From Wolbachia endosymbiont strain TRS of Brugia malayi (GTDB lineage Bacteria; Pseudomonadota; Alphaproteobacteria; Rickettsiales; Anaplasmataceae): a stretch of 32,000 nt of DNA. Under the pieces are notes generated by a model that saw only the letters and a program-made list of their open reading frames with translations, ran no database searches and was not told the DNA's origin. The stretch is from contig NC_006833.1 in assembly GCF_000008385.1 (NCBI RefSeq), forward strand, positions 450,001 through 482,000, written 5' to 3'. The translations under genes were made by a program, and so were the position numbers. Shown here piece by piece: positions 17,481-27,155 of this stretch; within the stretch, counting starts at the first letter, position 1, and each line of letters starts with the position of its first letter.

Positions 17481-17971
17481 ATGGATACTAAAATAAGTTA
17501 TGCAAGAACTATAAGACGTATCCTTACATTTGCCATTGATTACATCTTAGCACAGGGAATAGGATTTGTCATTGGATTTACTATTCGATTACCTTAGCGC
17601 CTTCTCTATTACTCAATGTGACTGAATGATTTTAGATAAAGCAGTAATTATACAAGTAATAGGGGTAATATTGGAATTAACATTTTATGTATTTACGATA
17701 ATAGAATTTGGTGGTACTCCAGAACAATTATTACTTTGCATGCGTGTAAAAGACGAGAATACACTTGAAAAATACTCTAACACAAGCAATAAACAGAACA
17801 GCAACTTTTGGAGTGTCGTATTTTATAATCTATCACACACTACTCAATATTTCTAATCTATTCATAGTTGTACCAATCTTAATTATATTATTTGCAATCT
17901 TTAGCCAGCGTAAGCAATTTCTTTACGGTAAAATTGCAAAAACAGTAGTAATAGATTATAAACTTAGTTGA
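17481..17971 (+). pseudogene. RDD-family membrane protein, disrupted
   Basis: ATG at 17481 gives MDTKISYARTIRRILTFAIDYILAQGIGFVIGFTIRLP*. The sequence resumes in other frames as FGGTPEQLLLCMRVKDEN and then AINRTATFGVSYF...FSQRKQFLYGKIAKTVVID. RDD-domain hallmarks (R..A.iD, GxTPGq, rq.lhDkiAkT.V) are split over three frames. Confidence 0.6.
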
Positions 17972-18085
17972 TATTTTTCTTTAGCTGTCGATATCACGCA
18001 AAACCCTTCAATCGTGTTTTGAACTATTGATAAGTCTATTACAATAAAGTATTATAGTCTTGTTAGCTGAACATTACTTAAGTAT

Positions 18086-18844
18086 ATGGGAATTTTGTGG
18101 ACAATTCTGGGGAAGATATTAGGCAAGATTTTTCCTGCTAAAACAGTAAGCTCTTTTCTAGGAATAGGATATTTACCAGGTTGGCAGAACTATTGGTCTT
18201 CTTTTTTAATATTACTTGTTGCCGACATTACATTAATTCTCACATATGGAGGCGATTTTATACTATATAAGATGCCAAGTTCCGGCATAGTCGTGGCTGC
18301 TATTTTTATGAAGCTGGCGGTAGTTATGTTAATACTGCAATTAGTTGGAATATCTATTTTTCACGCCCAGGACCCTTCAGCAAGCAGTGATGAAAACATA
18401 GTAATACAAATAGCGTCAGGACAGGTACTGACTGTTGCACTTTCAATGCCAGCAATAATGTCAATTTATTATACTGTGAGTAACCTCTATGGAAATGTAT
18501 GCAAGCAGATACTTCAATGTCCGTTTTGGTTTAATGATTTCATGCACTTATTCTTCTTTTTTATAATACCTTATATATTTTTTAACTTTGTAGAAGTGAT
18601 AAAACCTTGGCCAATAGGTTCAATACAGCTCAGTTATAACAATGCAATATCAATCACATTTGAAGGGATTTTCCATACCTTTTATGCGGTAATTTTGCTA
18701 TATTTAACTGCATTTATATTCTGCGACCTCATTATGCATAATGCAATTATCCTAAACAAGAGCATAATTCAGTATATGAAAGAAAGTTCAGCGGTTTTAG
18801 GCGACTATTTACATAACACTGTTAAAAAAATAAGTATTGAATAG
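18086..18844 (+). CDS. PgpA-like (phosphatidylglycerophosphatase A family) membrane protein, divergent
   Basis: 252-aa polytopic ORF. FLGIGYLPGWQNYWSS resembles the PgpA motif GfGsGl.P.aPGT.GS, and VIKPWPIGSIQ resembles the PgpA motif KPWPI. The usual PGT, DE and GG.G.M.DD residues are not conserved. Confidence 0.45.
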   Translation: MGILWTILGKILGKIFPAKTVSSFLGIGYLPGWQNYWSSFLILLVADITLILTYGGDFILYKMPSSGIVVAAIFMKLAVVMLILQLVGISIFHAQDPSASSDENIVIQIASGQVLTVALSMPAIMSIYYTVSNLYGNVCKQILQCPFWFNDFMHLFFFFIIPYIFFNFVEVIKPWPIGSIQLSYNNAISITFEGIFHTFYAVILLYLTAFIFCDLIMHNAIILNKSIIQYMKESSAVLGDYLHNTVKKISIE

Positions 18845-18888
18845 TACTTATTTGTTTATATATTCAGTATAAAAAGTGTGTAGTTTGC

Positions 18889-19728
18889 GTGAATCTACAA
18901 AGCATAATAAAAGAATTACAAGATTTTTGGATTGGTGAAGGATGTACCATACTCCACCCATATACGTCTGAAGTTGGGGCTGGAACATTGCATCCTGCAA
19001 CAATCATGTCAGCAATTGACGTAAAACCAACAAAAATTGCATATCTACAACCAGTAGTTAGGCCAGCAGATGGACGCTATGGTGACAATCCTAATCGCTT
19101 ATATCAACATCATCAATACCAGGTTATAATAAAGCCATCTGGTAATAATTTGCAAGATGTCTATTTAAGTAGCTTGAGGGCTCTTGGCATATCCACAGAA
19201 AAATATGATATTAAGTTTATCGAAGATGATTGGGAGAATCCAAGTGTTGGCGCATCAGGCCTTGGGTGGGAGGTGACATGCAACGGAATGGAAGTAACAC
19301 AACTTACTTATATACAGCAAATAGGAAGTATTAATTGCAGAATAATCCCTGGTGAAGTGGCGTACGGGTTGGAACGTTTAGCAATGTGCATACAAGGTGT
19401 AAATAATGTTTATGATATAATATGGAATGACAATGGTATAACTTACGGAGATATTTTTAAGCAAAGAGAGTATGAACTTTCTTATCTGGCATTAGACTAT
19501 TATAATACCGAAGTAGTACAACAGCAATTTGAAGATACAGAAAAACTGTGTAAATTTCTTATCGAAAAAGAGTTACCGGTAGCAGCTTATGACCAATGTG
19601 TTAAAACTAGTCATCTGCTTAATCTGCTCGATGCAAGAGGTATACTTGGCGTAAATGAACGCACAGCATATATTGGTAGAGTGAGAGAGCTGACAAAAAA
19701 ATGTTGTGAGTTATATATGAGTAAGTAA
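18889..19728 (+). CDS. glyQ: glycine--tRNA ligase alpha subunit
   Basis: 279 aa with LQDFW..EGC and YLQPVVRPADGRYGDNPNRLYQHHQYQVIIKPS. GTG start. Confidence 0.93.
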   Translation: MNLQSIIKELQDFWIGEGCTILHPYTSEVGAGTLHPATIMSAIDVKPTKIAYLQPVVRPADGRYGDNPNRLYQHHQYQVIIKPSGNNLQDVYLSSLRALGISTEKYDIKFIEDDWENPSVGASGLGWEVTCNGMEVTQLTYIQQIGSINCRIIPGEVAYGLERLAMCIQGVNNVYDIIWNDNGITYGDIFKQREYELSYLALDYYNTEVVQQQFEDTEKLCKFLIEKELPVAAYDQCVKTSHLLNLLDARGILGVNERTAYIGRVRELTKKCCELYMSK

Positions 19729-19731
19729 CAT

Positions 19732-21840
19732 ATGTCATCACAATTATTGTTTGAATGCCTTTCAGAAGAAATACCATCAAGAATGCAGAACTCAGCTGCA
19801 GCTCAAGTTAAGAATTATATCACTAATGCTTTCAATAAAAATAATGTGAAATTTGCATCTATAGAAGTTTTTATAACGGCACGTCGCATCACTCTTTTTG
19901 TTGACAATATAAGCATTTCTGGGCTAAAAGGTTCTAACGATGAAATTAAAGGACCAAATGTCAACGCATCAAAAAGTGCCATCGAAGGTTTTTTAAGGAA
20001 GAATAAAAAAAGTGAAACAGATCTACTTGTTCGCAAGGTGAATAATGTAGACTTTTACTACCTTAAAAAGGACGTTTACTCATTTAACATCAAAGAATTC
20101 CTCAAAAGTCAACTAGAGGAAATGCTCAAAAATTTCTCTTGGCCAAAAAGTATGAGGTGGAGTGAAAGAAAAGAAAGATGGGTTAGGCCAATTAAGAATA
20201 TTTTATGTACTTTAAATAACGAGATAATACCTATATCTTTTGCAGGGATAACAGTATGCAACATAACATATGGCCATAGGTTTCTCTCAAGTGGCACAGC
20301 ATTAACTGTTAAAACACCTAAAGACTACTTTGAATTGCTAGAGAAAAACAACGTAATCCTTCAGCCGGGCAAAAGAAAGCAATTTATATTGGATCAGATT
20401 AACAAATTTACGAAGGAGCAGAATTTACAACTTGAAAAAAATGATTATTTACTAAATGAACTGACAGGACTTATAGAGTGGCCAATCGTATTATTTGGTG
20501 AAGTGAACCAAGAGAAATTATTGGGGTTACCAAAGGAAGTAATTCTTAGCATAATTAATACACAGCAAAAGTACCTTGCTTTGAGCAATGGACAGAAAAT
20601 TTCACATTTTATTACTGTTGTGAATGTTAACAATGATGAAGTTGTTAAAGGACACGCAAGAATATTGGAAGCGCGTCTTGCTGACGCCCAATTTTTGATA
20701 TCTCAGGACAAAAAGGAAAATCTGGATTATTATGTCAAAAAATTAGATTCTATATTATTCCATGCTTCTCTTGGTAGTGTTGGAGAAAAAGTAAAGCGCA
20801 TTATAACTTTATCAAAGTACATAGCAATATATGTTCCACGTGTTTCACTAATTAAAATTGGGCGTGCCGCATATTTAGCAAAAGCTGATCTAGCAACATT
20901 GATAGTAAAAGAATTTCCAGAATTGCAAGGAATAATGGGTGGATATTATGCTTCTTATTTCCAAGAAGATAGGGAGATAGTAGAAGCTATAACTGAACAT
21001 TATAAGCCAATTGGGCCAGAGCAAGAGTGCCCTAAGTCTTCTGCCGCAATTGTTATGTCCATTGCTGATAAGATAGATAGTTTGGTTGGTTTAATTGCAG
21101 CAGGTGAAAAGATTTCCGGCTCGTATGATCAGTTTGGTTTACGGAGAATGGCAATAGGTATAATTAGAATGATACTTGAAAATAATTTGCACATTCCGAT
21201 CAGGCTATTGATAGATAAATCAGTATCTTTATACCCCAAGCTTGTATTTACTAAAGATGTAACGTCAGTTGATCACCCCCATAAGTTAAGTAGAGCAGAA
21301 CTGGTGCTTAAGTTTTGCTTAGAAAGATTCAGGGTTATTTTAAAAAACAGAGATATAAGGCAAGATATTGTAGATTCAATATTGTGTAAAGATGATATTA
21401 ATGATCTGCTCACAGCAGAAAGGCAAACTGTTATATTGGATCGTTACCTTAATACGCCTGAAGGCAAGCAGATCCTGAGCACTTATAAAAGGGTCAGTAA
21501 CATAGTTAACAAAGCAGAAAAAAATGATAATACTGCTTACAGTGCACCCTATAATAAGAAGTTTTTAATTGAAAGCGAAGAAATGGTATTATCAGATTAT
21601 GCTATAACTGCTTGTAGAAACATTAAACAAGCAATGCAAAGTGGCAACTTTAACGCAGCGCTTGATGAGCTTATCCGTTTTACCCCATTTATTAATCAAT
21701 TTATGAACAGTGTAAAGATCAACTGCGATTCTGATAAGCTAAGAAGAAATAGATTGTCTTTGCTTGCTAATGTAGCTTCCACGTTTCATTTAGTAGCATG
21801 TTTTAACCTTATACAAGTTAAACAATGGGCTATGTCATAA
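19732..21840 (+). CDS. glyS: glycine--tRNA ligase beta subunit
   Basis: 702 aa starting 4 nt after the glyQ stop. The N-terminus LLFECLSEEIP and the ELQGIMGGYYA block are typical of GlyRS beta. Confidence 0.9.
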   Translation: MSSQLLFECLSEEIPSRMQNSAAAQVKNYITNAFNKNNVKFASIEVFITARRITLFVDNISISGLKGSNDEIKGPNVNASKSAIEGFLRKNKKSETDLLVRKVNNVDFYYLKKDVYSFNIKEFLKSQLEEMLKNFSWPKSMRWSERKERWVRPIKNILCTLNNEIIPISFAGITVCNITYGHRFLSSGTALTVKTPKDYFELLEKNNVILQPGKRKQFILDQINKFTKEQNLQLEKNDYLLNELTGLIEWPIVLFGEVNQEKLLGLPKEVILSIINTQQKYLALSNGQKISHFITVVNVNNDEVVKGHARILEARLADAQFLISQDKKENLDYYVKKLDSILFHASLGSVGEKVKRIITLSKYIAIYVPRVSLIKIGRAAYLAKADLATLIVKEFPELQGIMGGYYASYFQEDREIVEAITEHYKPIGPEQECPKSSAAIVMSIADKIDSLVGLIAAGEKISGSYDQFGLRRMAIGIIRMILENNLHIPIRLLIDKSVSLYPKLVFTKDVTSVDHPHKLSRAELVLKFCLERFRVILKNRDIRQDIVDSILCKDDINDLLTAERQTVILDRYLNTPEGKQILSTYKRVSNIVNKAEKNDNTAYSAPYNKKFLIESEEMVLSDYAITACRNIKQAMQSGNFNAALDELIRFTPFINQFMNSVKINCDSDKLRRNRLSLLANVASTFHLVACFNLIQVKQWAMS

Positions 21841-23645
21841 ATATTCAAGCAATAAAGAAACAAATCGAGTTATCTCCACAATCTTGTGGTGTGTATCAAA
21901 TGATTGGAGATAAGGACAAAGTTTTATATGTTGGAAAGGCAAAAAACTTAAAATCAAGGTTATCTAACTACCTTCGATACGAAAATCTTTCTGAACGAAC
22001 TAAATTTATGCTCTCGCAAGTTATTAAGGTTGAAGTACTCGTCACTGAAAATGAAATAGATGCACTACTTCTTGAAGCACGACTAATCAAATCATTGAAG
22101 CCACCTTACAATATTATATTCAAGGATGGAAGATCTTATCCTTATATAGTGATTTCCAAGCACAATTACCCAAGAATAGCGCAATATAGAGGAAAATTCA
22201 AAAAAGGTGAATTTCACTATTATGGTCCCTTTATATCTGTCGCTGCTGTTAAGCAAACTATGTTGTCATTGCAAAAAACTTTTCTTTTGAGAGTATGTTC
22301 AGATCAATATTTTGCCTCAACAAAAAGGCCATGTATTGAATATCAAATTAAGCGCTGCTCAGCACCATGCGTTGGTAAAATTACAAAAGATGATTACTGT
22401 CAATCAGTAAAACAAACACGAGACACGTTGCTTGGAAGGAATGAGAAAGTGAAAAAACAGTTATCCTCTACAATGGAAAAGTGTAGCAAAGAAGAGAACT
22501 ATGAGCTTGCTGCTATATATAGAGATCGGTTAAAATTCCTTGAACAAATTCAAATGCAGTCAATGGATTTTTCTTTTGAAAAAGATGCAGATTTTTTCGG
22601 CATTGCACGTAAAGAGGATCTGGCGTGTATTGGTGTGTTATCATTCAGAAATAAAGATAACTATGGAAGCACTCCTTACTTTGTCGAAAACTGTAGTGAT
22701 CATCCAGATGATGAAATTTTATCCACCTTTTTAATCAAATTGTATAATTCAGCTAACATACCTCCAGCACAAATTTATGTTTCTGACTTTGTTACGGGTA
22801 AGGAAATTATAGAGCAAGCACTGCATAATGTTACTCACAAACCAATAAAAGCCTTGCATGCAAAAAGTAAAAAAGAACATAATTTGTTAAAATTTGTTTA
22901 TGATAACTCACAGCGTAGCCTAGAGCAAAAGCTCACTGATTATAAAAACAACCTAGAAAAATTTGAAGAGCTTAGCAAAATTTTCCTGTTACCCAATATT
23001 CCAAAACGTGTCGAAGTTTATGATAATAGCCATACATCTGGAAATCAACAAGTTGGTGTCATGGTTGTTGCAGGAAAGGAAGGTTTTTTAAAAAGTGAAT
23101 ACAGAAAATTTACTATCAAAGGAGAAATTTTAGGAGATGACTATGAAATGATGAGGGAAGTGCTAACCAGACGTTTCTCCAACAATACAAAGGACGTGGT
23201 TCCTGATTTTCTACTGATTGACGGTGGTCCAGGGCATATTTCCGTAGTGCAGAATGTGTTGAACACATTAAATATAAATGTTCCTTTTGCTTGTATGGCA
23301 AAAGGCTCTTACCGCAATGCAGGGAATGAGAGATTTTATATGCCAAACAGAGAGGATTTTACTTTGAAAAATGATAGCAAAGTCATGCTTTACCTACAAT
23401 CGCTACGCAACGAAGCTCATCGTTTTGCAATAACCTCGCACAGAAAAAAACGTGATAAGCAGTTTTTTGTTTCACCGTTAAGCAAAATAACCAGCATCGG
23501 TGATAAAAGAAAAAATGCGTTGATGTCTCATTTTGGTTCGGTAGAAAACATAAGCAAAGCTTCTCTAGCTGAAATTCAAAATGTAGCTAGAATTAGTAAG
23601 GAGTTAGCAGAAGTTATCCTTAAACACGTAGATAATAAAGAATAG
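21825..23645 (+). CDS. uvrC: excinuclease ABC subunit C
   Basis: 606 aa with the GIY-YIG domain GVYQMIGDKDKVLYVGKAKNLKSRLSNY, a UVR-like region (YELAAIYRDRLKFLEQI) and a C-terminal HhH region. Overlaps glyS by 16 nt. Confidence 0.92.
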   Translation: MGYVINIQAIKKQIELSPQSCGVYQMIGDKDKVLYVGKAKNLKSRLSNYLRYENLSERTKFMLSQVIKVEVLVTENEIDALLLEARLIKSLKPPYNIIFKDGRSYPYIVISKHNYPRIAQYRGKFKKGEFHYYGPFISVAAVKQTMLSLQKTFLLRVCSDQYFASTKRPCIEYQIKRCSAPCVGKITKDDYCQSVKQTRDTLLGRNEKVKKQLSSTMEKCSKEENYELAAIYRDRLKFLEQIQMQSMDFSFEKDADFFGIARKEDLACIGVLSFRNKDNYGSTPYFVENCSDHPDDEILSTFLIKLYNSANIPPAQIYVSDFVTGKEIIEQALHNVTHKPIKALHAKSKKEHNLLKFVYDNSQRSLEQKLTDYKNNLEKFEELSKIFLLPNIPKRVEVYDNSHTSGNQQVGVMVVAGKEGFLKSEYRKFTIKGEILGDDYEMMREVLTRRFSNNTKDVVPDFLLIDGGPGHISVVQNVLNTLNINVPFACMAKGSYRNAGNERFYMPNREDFTLKNDSKVMLYLQSLRNEAHRFAITSHRKKRDKQFFVSPLSKITSIGDKRKNALMSHFGSVENISKASLAEIQNVARISKELAEVILKHVDNKE

Positions 23646-23929
23646 ATGCAGAGGTGTAGTTAAGATACAAGCGAAAAGACTTTAAATTTTTGCCTCAAAC
23701 CACATTGCACCTTATTGAGCCCATCTCATTTTAAGAACCTGTTTATAATCTTTTGAGGAGCGAGATAATGAAAGCAACAGTTTTTAGGGTTTATATTGAG
23801 TCAAAACTCCTGTGATAACGTTATATATTTTGACTTCATCCATTTTGGGTAAGGTTAGACAAACTTTTTTATTTGAAACGCTATGTTATGGGATCAAGGC
23901 TAACCTTAATTCTCTTTGACTAATTTCTT

Positions 23930-25452
23930 TATTACACTACGTCTGTCTATCCAATGCAATTGGTCAAGCTCTGACTTAACACTAGGGGAAAACCTCTTTA
24001 AGCTGTTTGTGATACACTAGCCAACTCCCGTTGTACTGCTTCCTGATTTTTTATCTTTTCCTTTTGCTTTTTAACCTTCTCCAAATCTTGCTCTCTCTTT
24101 TTTATTATCCACTCAAACTCTCCCTTGTTTATATATCCCCTTTATTATAACTGTAAGTGAGCCTTTCAATACTTTGACTTAATCTCCTCTCTTCCTACTC
24201 AAGATTATGTTTTGTGATATAGCCATCAATGAGTATCTCAATATCTCTATTCAATCTACCTTTCTGTTTTTCAAACGCTTTATCCAGTGGCTTTTTATGC
24301 TCTGGAATTCTATGTTAGTACTCCTTTATAATTCTATTTGGCTCTTTTAATAAGTTTTCCACTTCTTCCCAGATAGGAGTTTCCAATATTTCTGCACGAA
24401 TTGGCTTACCACTACATCTTCTGATTTCACTATAACAATAATAAAGGTTAGGAGCACTACAACAATAGTAGCTTCTTTTAATATCGCCACTTTTTACACT
24501 GCGATAGGTACATCTACAACGCCAACATATAACCAATCCTTGAAGTAAAGACGTTCCTTTACCCTTCCGTACTCTTGCTCTTTCCCTATTTCAGCTAGTT
24601 GTTCTTGTACTGCATCAAATAATTTTTCTCCAATTATATTTGGTATTGTTATATTAATCCAACTTTCTCGGTCATTATGATAGACGGAATAGCTTTTTTT
24701 GCGCATTTCCTACTCCACTTCTTTTTTTATTGGACCTAACTTTGTTTTACCAAACGCTGCTTGCCCTTTGTATGTGAGATCCCTCAAGATTCTATTAATT
24801 GCACTTTGATGCCAATCTCTTTTGCCCTTTGGTATAATAATACACATCTTTTTCAGTCGTTGTACAGCTTCTCTTAAAGTCGCTCTTTCTTGATCTACTC
24901 ACGCAAACAGTTTGCGCACTATTTCGGCTTCCTCTTAATTAACTTCAAACCTTGCCTCTCCCCTCACTATATACTTTATATAACGGTAACCATAAGGAAT
25001 ATTACTCATTACACGACCTTCTCTTGCTGCATAGATTTTCTCCTCGGCGATTTCGTTCTTTCATCTTCTGCTGCTATTCCCTACACATCTAGTAAAGTAA
25101 TTCAGACCCTGGACTATCGTCTATCTGACAGTTCAAAAGAATTACCTTTGCTCCTGCTTTTTGGAACTCTTTAGATAAGAATTTCAGACCTGTACATTTA
25201 CGTAAAAAATGGCTAGGCAGATGAACGTAAATTTCACAATTTTACTTCTACTACTTTGCCACGTAAACTGTGTAAACCAGGATGCTTTAAATTTGATTCA
25301 CTATAACCATTATCGATGAATTTATATTCATCTAGCAGCTCATATCTACCCCTATCAATTCTACTTTCCAAGTTAGCAAATTAGCTACCTATTATATCCT
25401 CTTGTACTTGCCTTTTCAATGAAGCTCTCACATATAAATTTACTACTTTCAT
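23930..25452 (-). pseudogene. large serine recombinase (prophage WO-type), heavily degraded
   Basis: Minus strand from the ATG at 25452 gives MKVVNLYVRASLKRQVQEDIIGS*FANLESRI..YKFIDNGYSESNLKHPGLHSLRGKV, a resolvase N-domain in which the catalytic S is lost. Later pieces are IAAEDER.., PYGYRYIK, EEEAEIVRKLFAW and PKGKRDWHQSAINRILRDLTYKGQAAFGK. ORFs 24494-24706 and 24315-24536 carry the recombinase domain and a zinc-ribbon-like CWRC...YYCC. There are many stops and frameshifts. The 3' boundary is uncertain. Confidence 0.7.
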
Positions 25453-25679
25453 TTTACCGTACTTCGTAAAGTTTGCTATTATTAATGGTTTATCTCCATT
25501 TTACAAATATATTAACCTTTTATGTCTAATGAGTTAAGCTTACTGTATGCCAATCTCAAGCATACATCTGTACGAACATCTGTTTGCGAGAGCAGTGTGC
25601 TAAATATTACAAACAGATTTTACCTAAAACACAAGGTGTCTTTGAAGTAGCAAACATTGAAATCTGAGATACTACTTTA

Positions 25680-25990
25680 GTAATAAATATTTTAGAAATT
25701 TACCAGATAAAAAAAGGCAAAAGAAGCTTCTCTGATGGCTAGTTATTTATATTAACTTTGTAAATTGGTGTTTTTTGTTGTCTTAAACACTTTAACAAGT
25801 GTATTTTACACTTATACTAAGTAAAAACCTTGAAAGTTTATAAAGACACGAGGTGCACATAGTACAAAAAATAAAATACAAGACGCCAAGCATGTTAAGT
25901 TTTTTACCGTTTAGCCTACACAGACTGAAGACAAATAACAACCCCAGTACTATAGTAAAGGGGTCAGCAGACTTATCAAGTAGTTTTTTT
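25680..25990 (-). repeat. copy C of the ~300-bp intergenic repeat family
   Basis: The conserved blocks are present on the minus strand. TTGATA (25979-25974), a 16-nt spacer, then TACTAT (25957-25952). The palindromic box tgcacatagtaca is at 25853-25865. The promoter end points towards the recombinase pseudogene. Confidence 0.65.
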
Positions 25991-26051
25991 TTCATTGGGC
26001 TGGGATGCTACTAAAAGTTTGTTATGTAGGAGAACTTTTTACAGGGTGTAT

Positions 26052-27047
26052 TTACCTCAAATTTTTTGCAACATCAAGTGCTGCATAAGTGAATATTGCA
26101 CTTGCACCTGCACGTTTAAAACCAACCAAAGACTCATAAATTACTTTGTCATAATCTAGCCAACCATTGTTCGTTGCAGCTTTTATCATTGCATATTCAC
26201 CACTTACTTGGTAAGCAAAAATCGGAAAATTAAACTCATCACTTGCCATTTTTATTATATCTAAATATGGCATACCCGGCTTTACCATAATAAAATCTGC
26301 ACCTTCATTTAAATCCATTTCAATTTCACAAATTGCTTCTCTTGCATTTCTGTAATCCATTTGATAGCCACTTTTATCAATAGAATTTGATGATACGCAT
26401 GAACCAACAATTTGCCTGAATGGTGCATAAAAGCTGGAACAATATTTCACTGCATAAGACAATATTGACACATCCTGAAGGTTATTATCATCTAATACTT
26501 TTCTTATCCTTCCTACTCTGCCATCCATCATATCAGAAGACGCAACTATATTACACCCCGCCTTTGCTAAAGCAAGCGCTTGCTTGCACAATATTGATAC
26601 CGTTTTATCGTTTTCTACATCTATCTGATTGCTTTTTAAGATTCCATCATGACCATGAGTAGTGTATGGATCCAGCGCAACGTCTGCGATAATACCAATA
26701 CCCGGTACCTTTAATTTTATAGCACGAATTGCCTTGCAGATTAAGTTATCAGAATTGTATGCTTCCTCAGCATTCTCAGATTTTAATTTACTATCAACTA
26801 CAGGAAAAATTGCAACAGCATTAATTCCTAAATCCTCAGCTTCCTGAGCTATGGAAACCAATCCATCTATTGAGTAACATTTCATGCCAGGTAAGCTAGA
26901 AACTAGCTCAGTTGTTTCTTCTCTGTCATGAACAAACAGAGGAAAAATCAAATCATTTACTGATAAAGCGCTTTCACTTGTTAAATTACGAACCCATTTG
27001 CTTGAGCGCCTGCGTCTTAACCGTGTGTTTGGAAAATTAAACATCAT
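26052..27047 (-). CDS. hemB: porphobilinogen synthase (delta-aminolevulinic acid dehydratase), Asp-rich (Mg-type) site
   Basis: 331 aa. ALDPYTTHGHDG replaces a Cys-rich Zn site. FIMVKPGMPYLDI (active-site Lys) and YQVSGEYAM are present. Confidence 0.92.
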   Translation of the reverse strand: MMFNFPNTRLRRRRSSKWVRNLTSESALSVNDLIFPLFVHDREETTELVSSLPGMKCYSIDGLVSIAQEAEDLGINAVAIFPVVDSKLKSENAEEAYNSDNLICKAIRAIKLKVPGIGIIADVALDPYTTHGHDGILKSNQIDVENDKTVSILCKQALALAKAGCNIVASSDMMDGRVGRIRKVLDDNNLQDVSILSYAVKYCSSFYAPFRQIVGSCVSSNSIDKSGYQMDYRNAREAICEIEMDLNEGADFIMVKPGMPYLDIIKMASDEFNFPIFAYQVSGEYAMIKAATNNGWLDYDKVIYESLVGFKRAGASAIFTYAALDVAKNLR

Positions 27048-27155
27048 ACCCCTTCTAAAACTACCCTAACAGAAGTAAACATCAATGGCATTTTTGCGAT
27101 TTCTCCTCAAATTTCATTTTTATGAATAAAATATATAGTTTGTCTTTCTTATCAA

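Noticed and set aside
24315-24706. Two overlapping minus-strand ORFs (73 and 70 aa) as separate genes
   Set aside because: They are consecutive fragments (recombinase domain and zinc-ribbon) of one degraded large serine recombinase.
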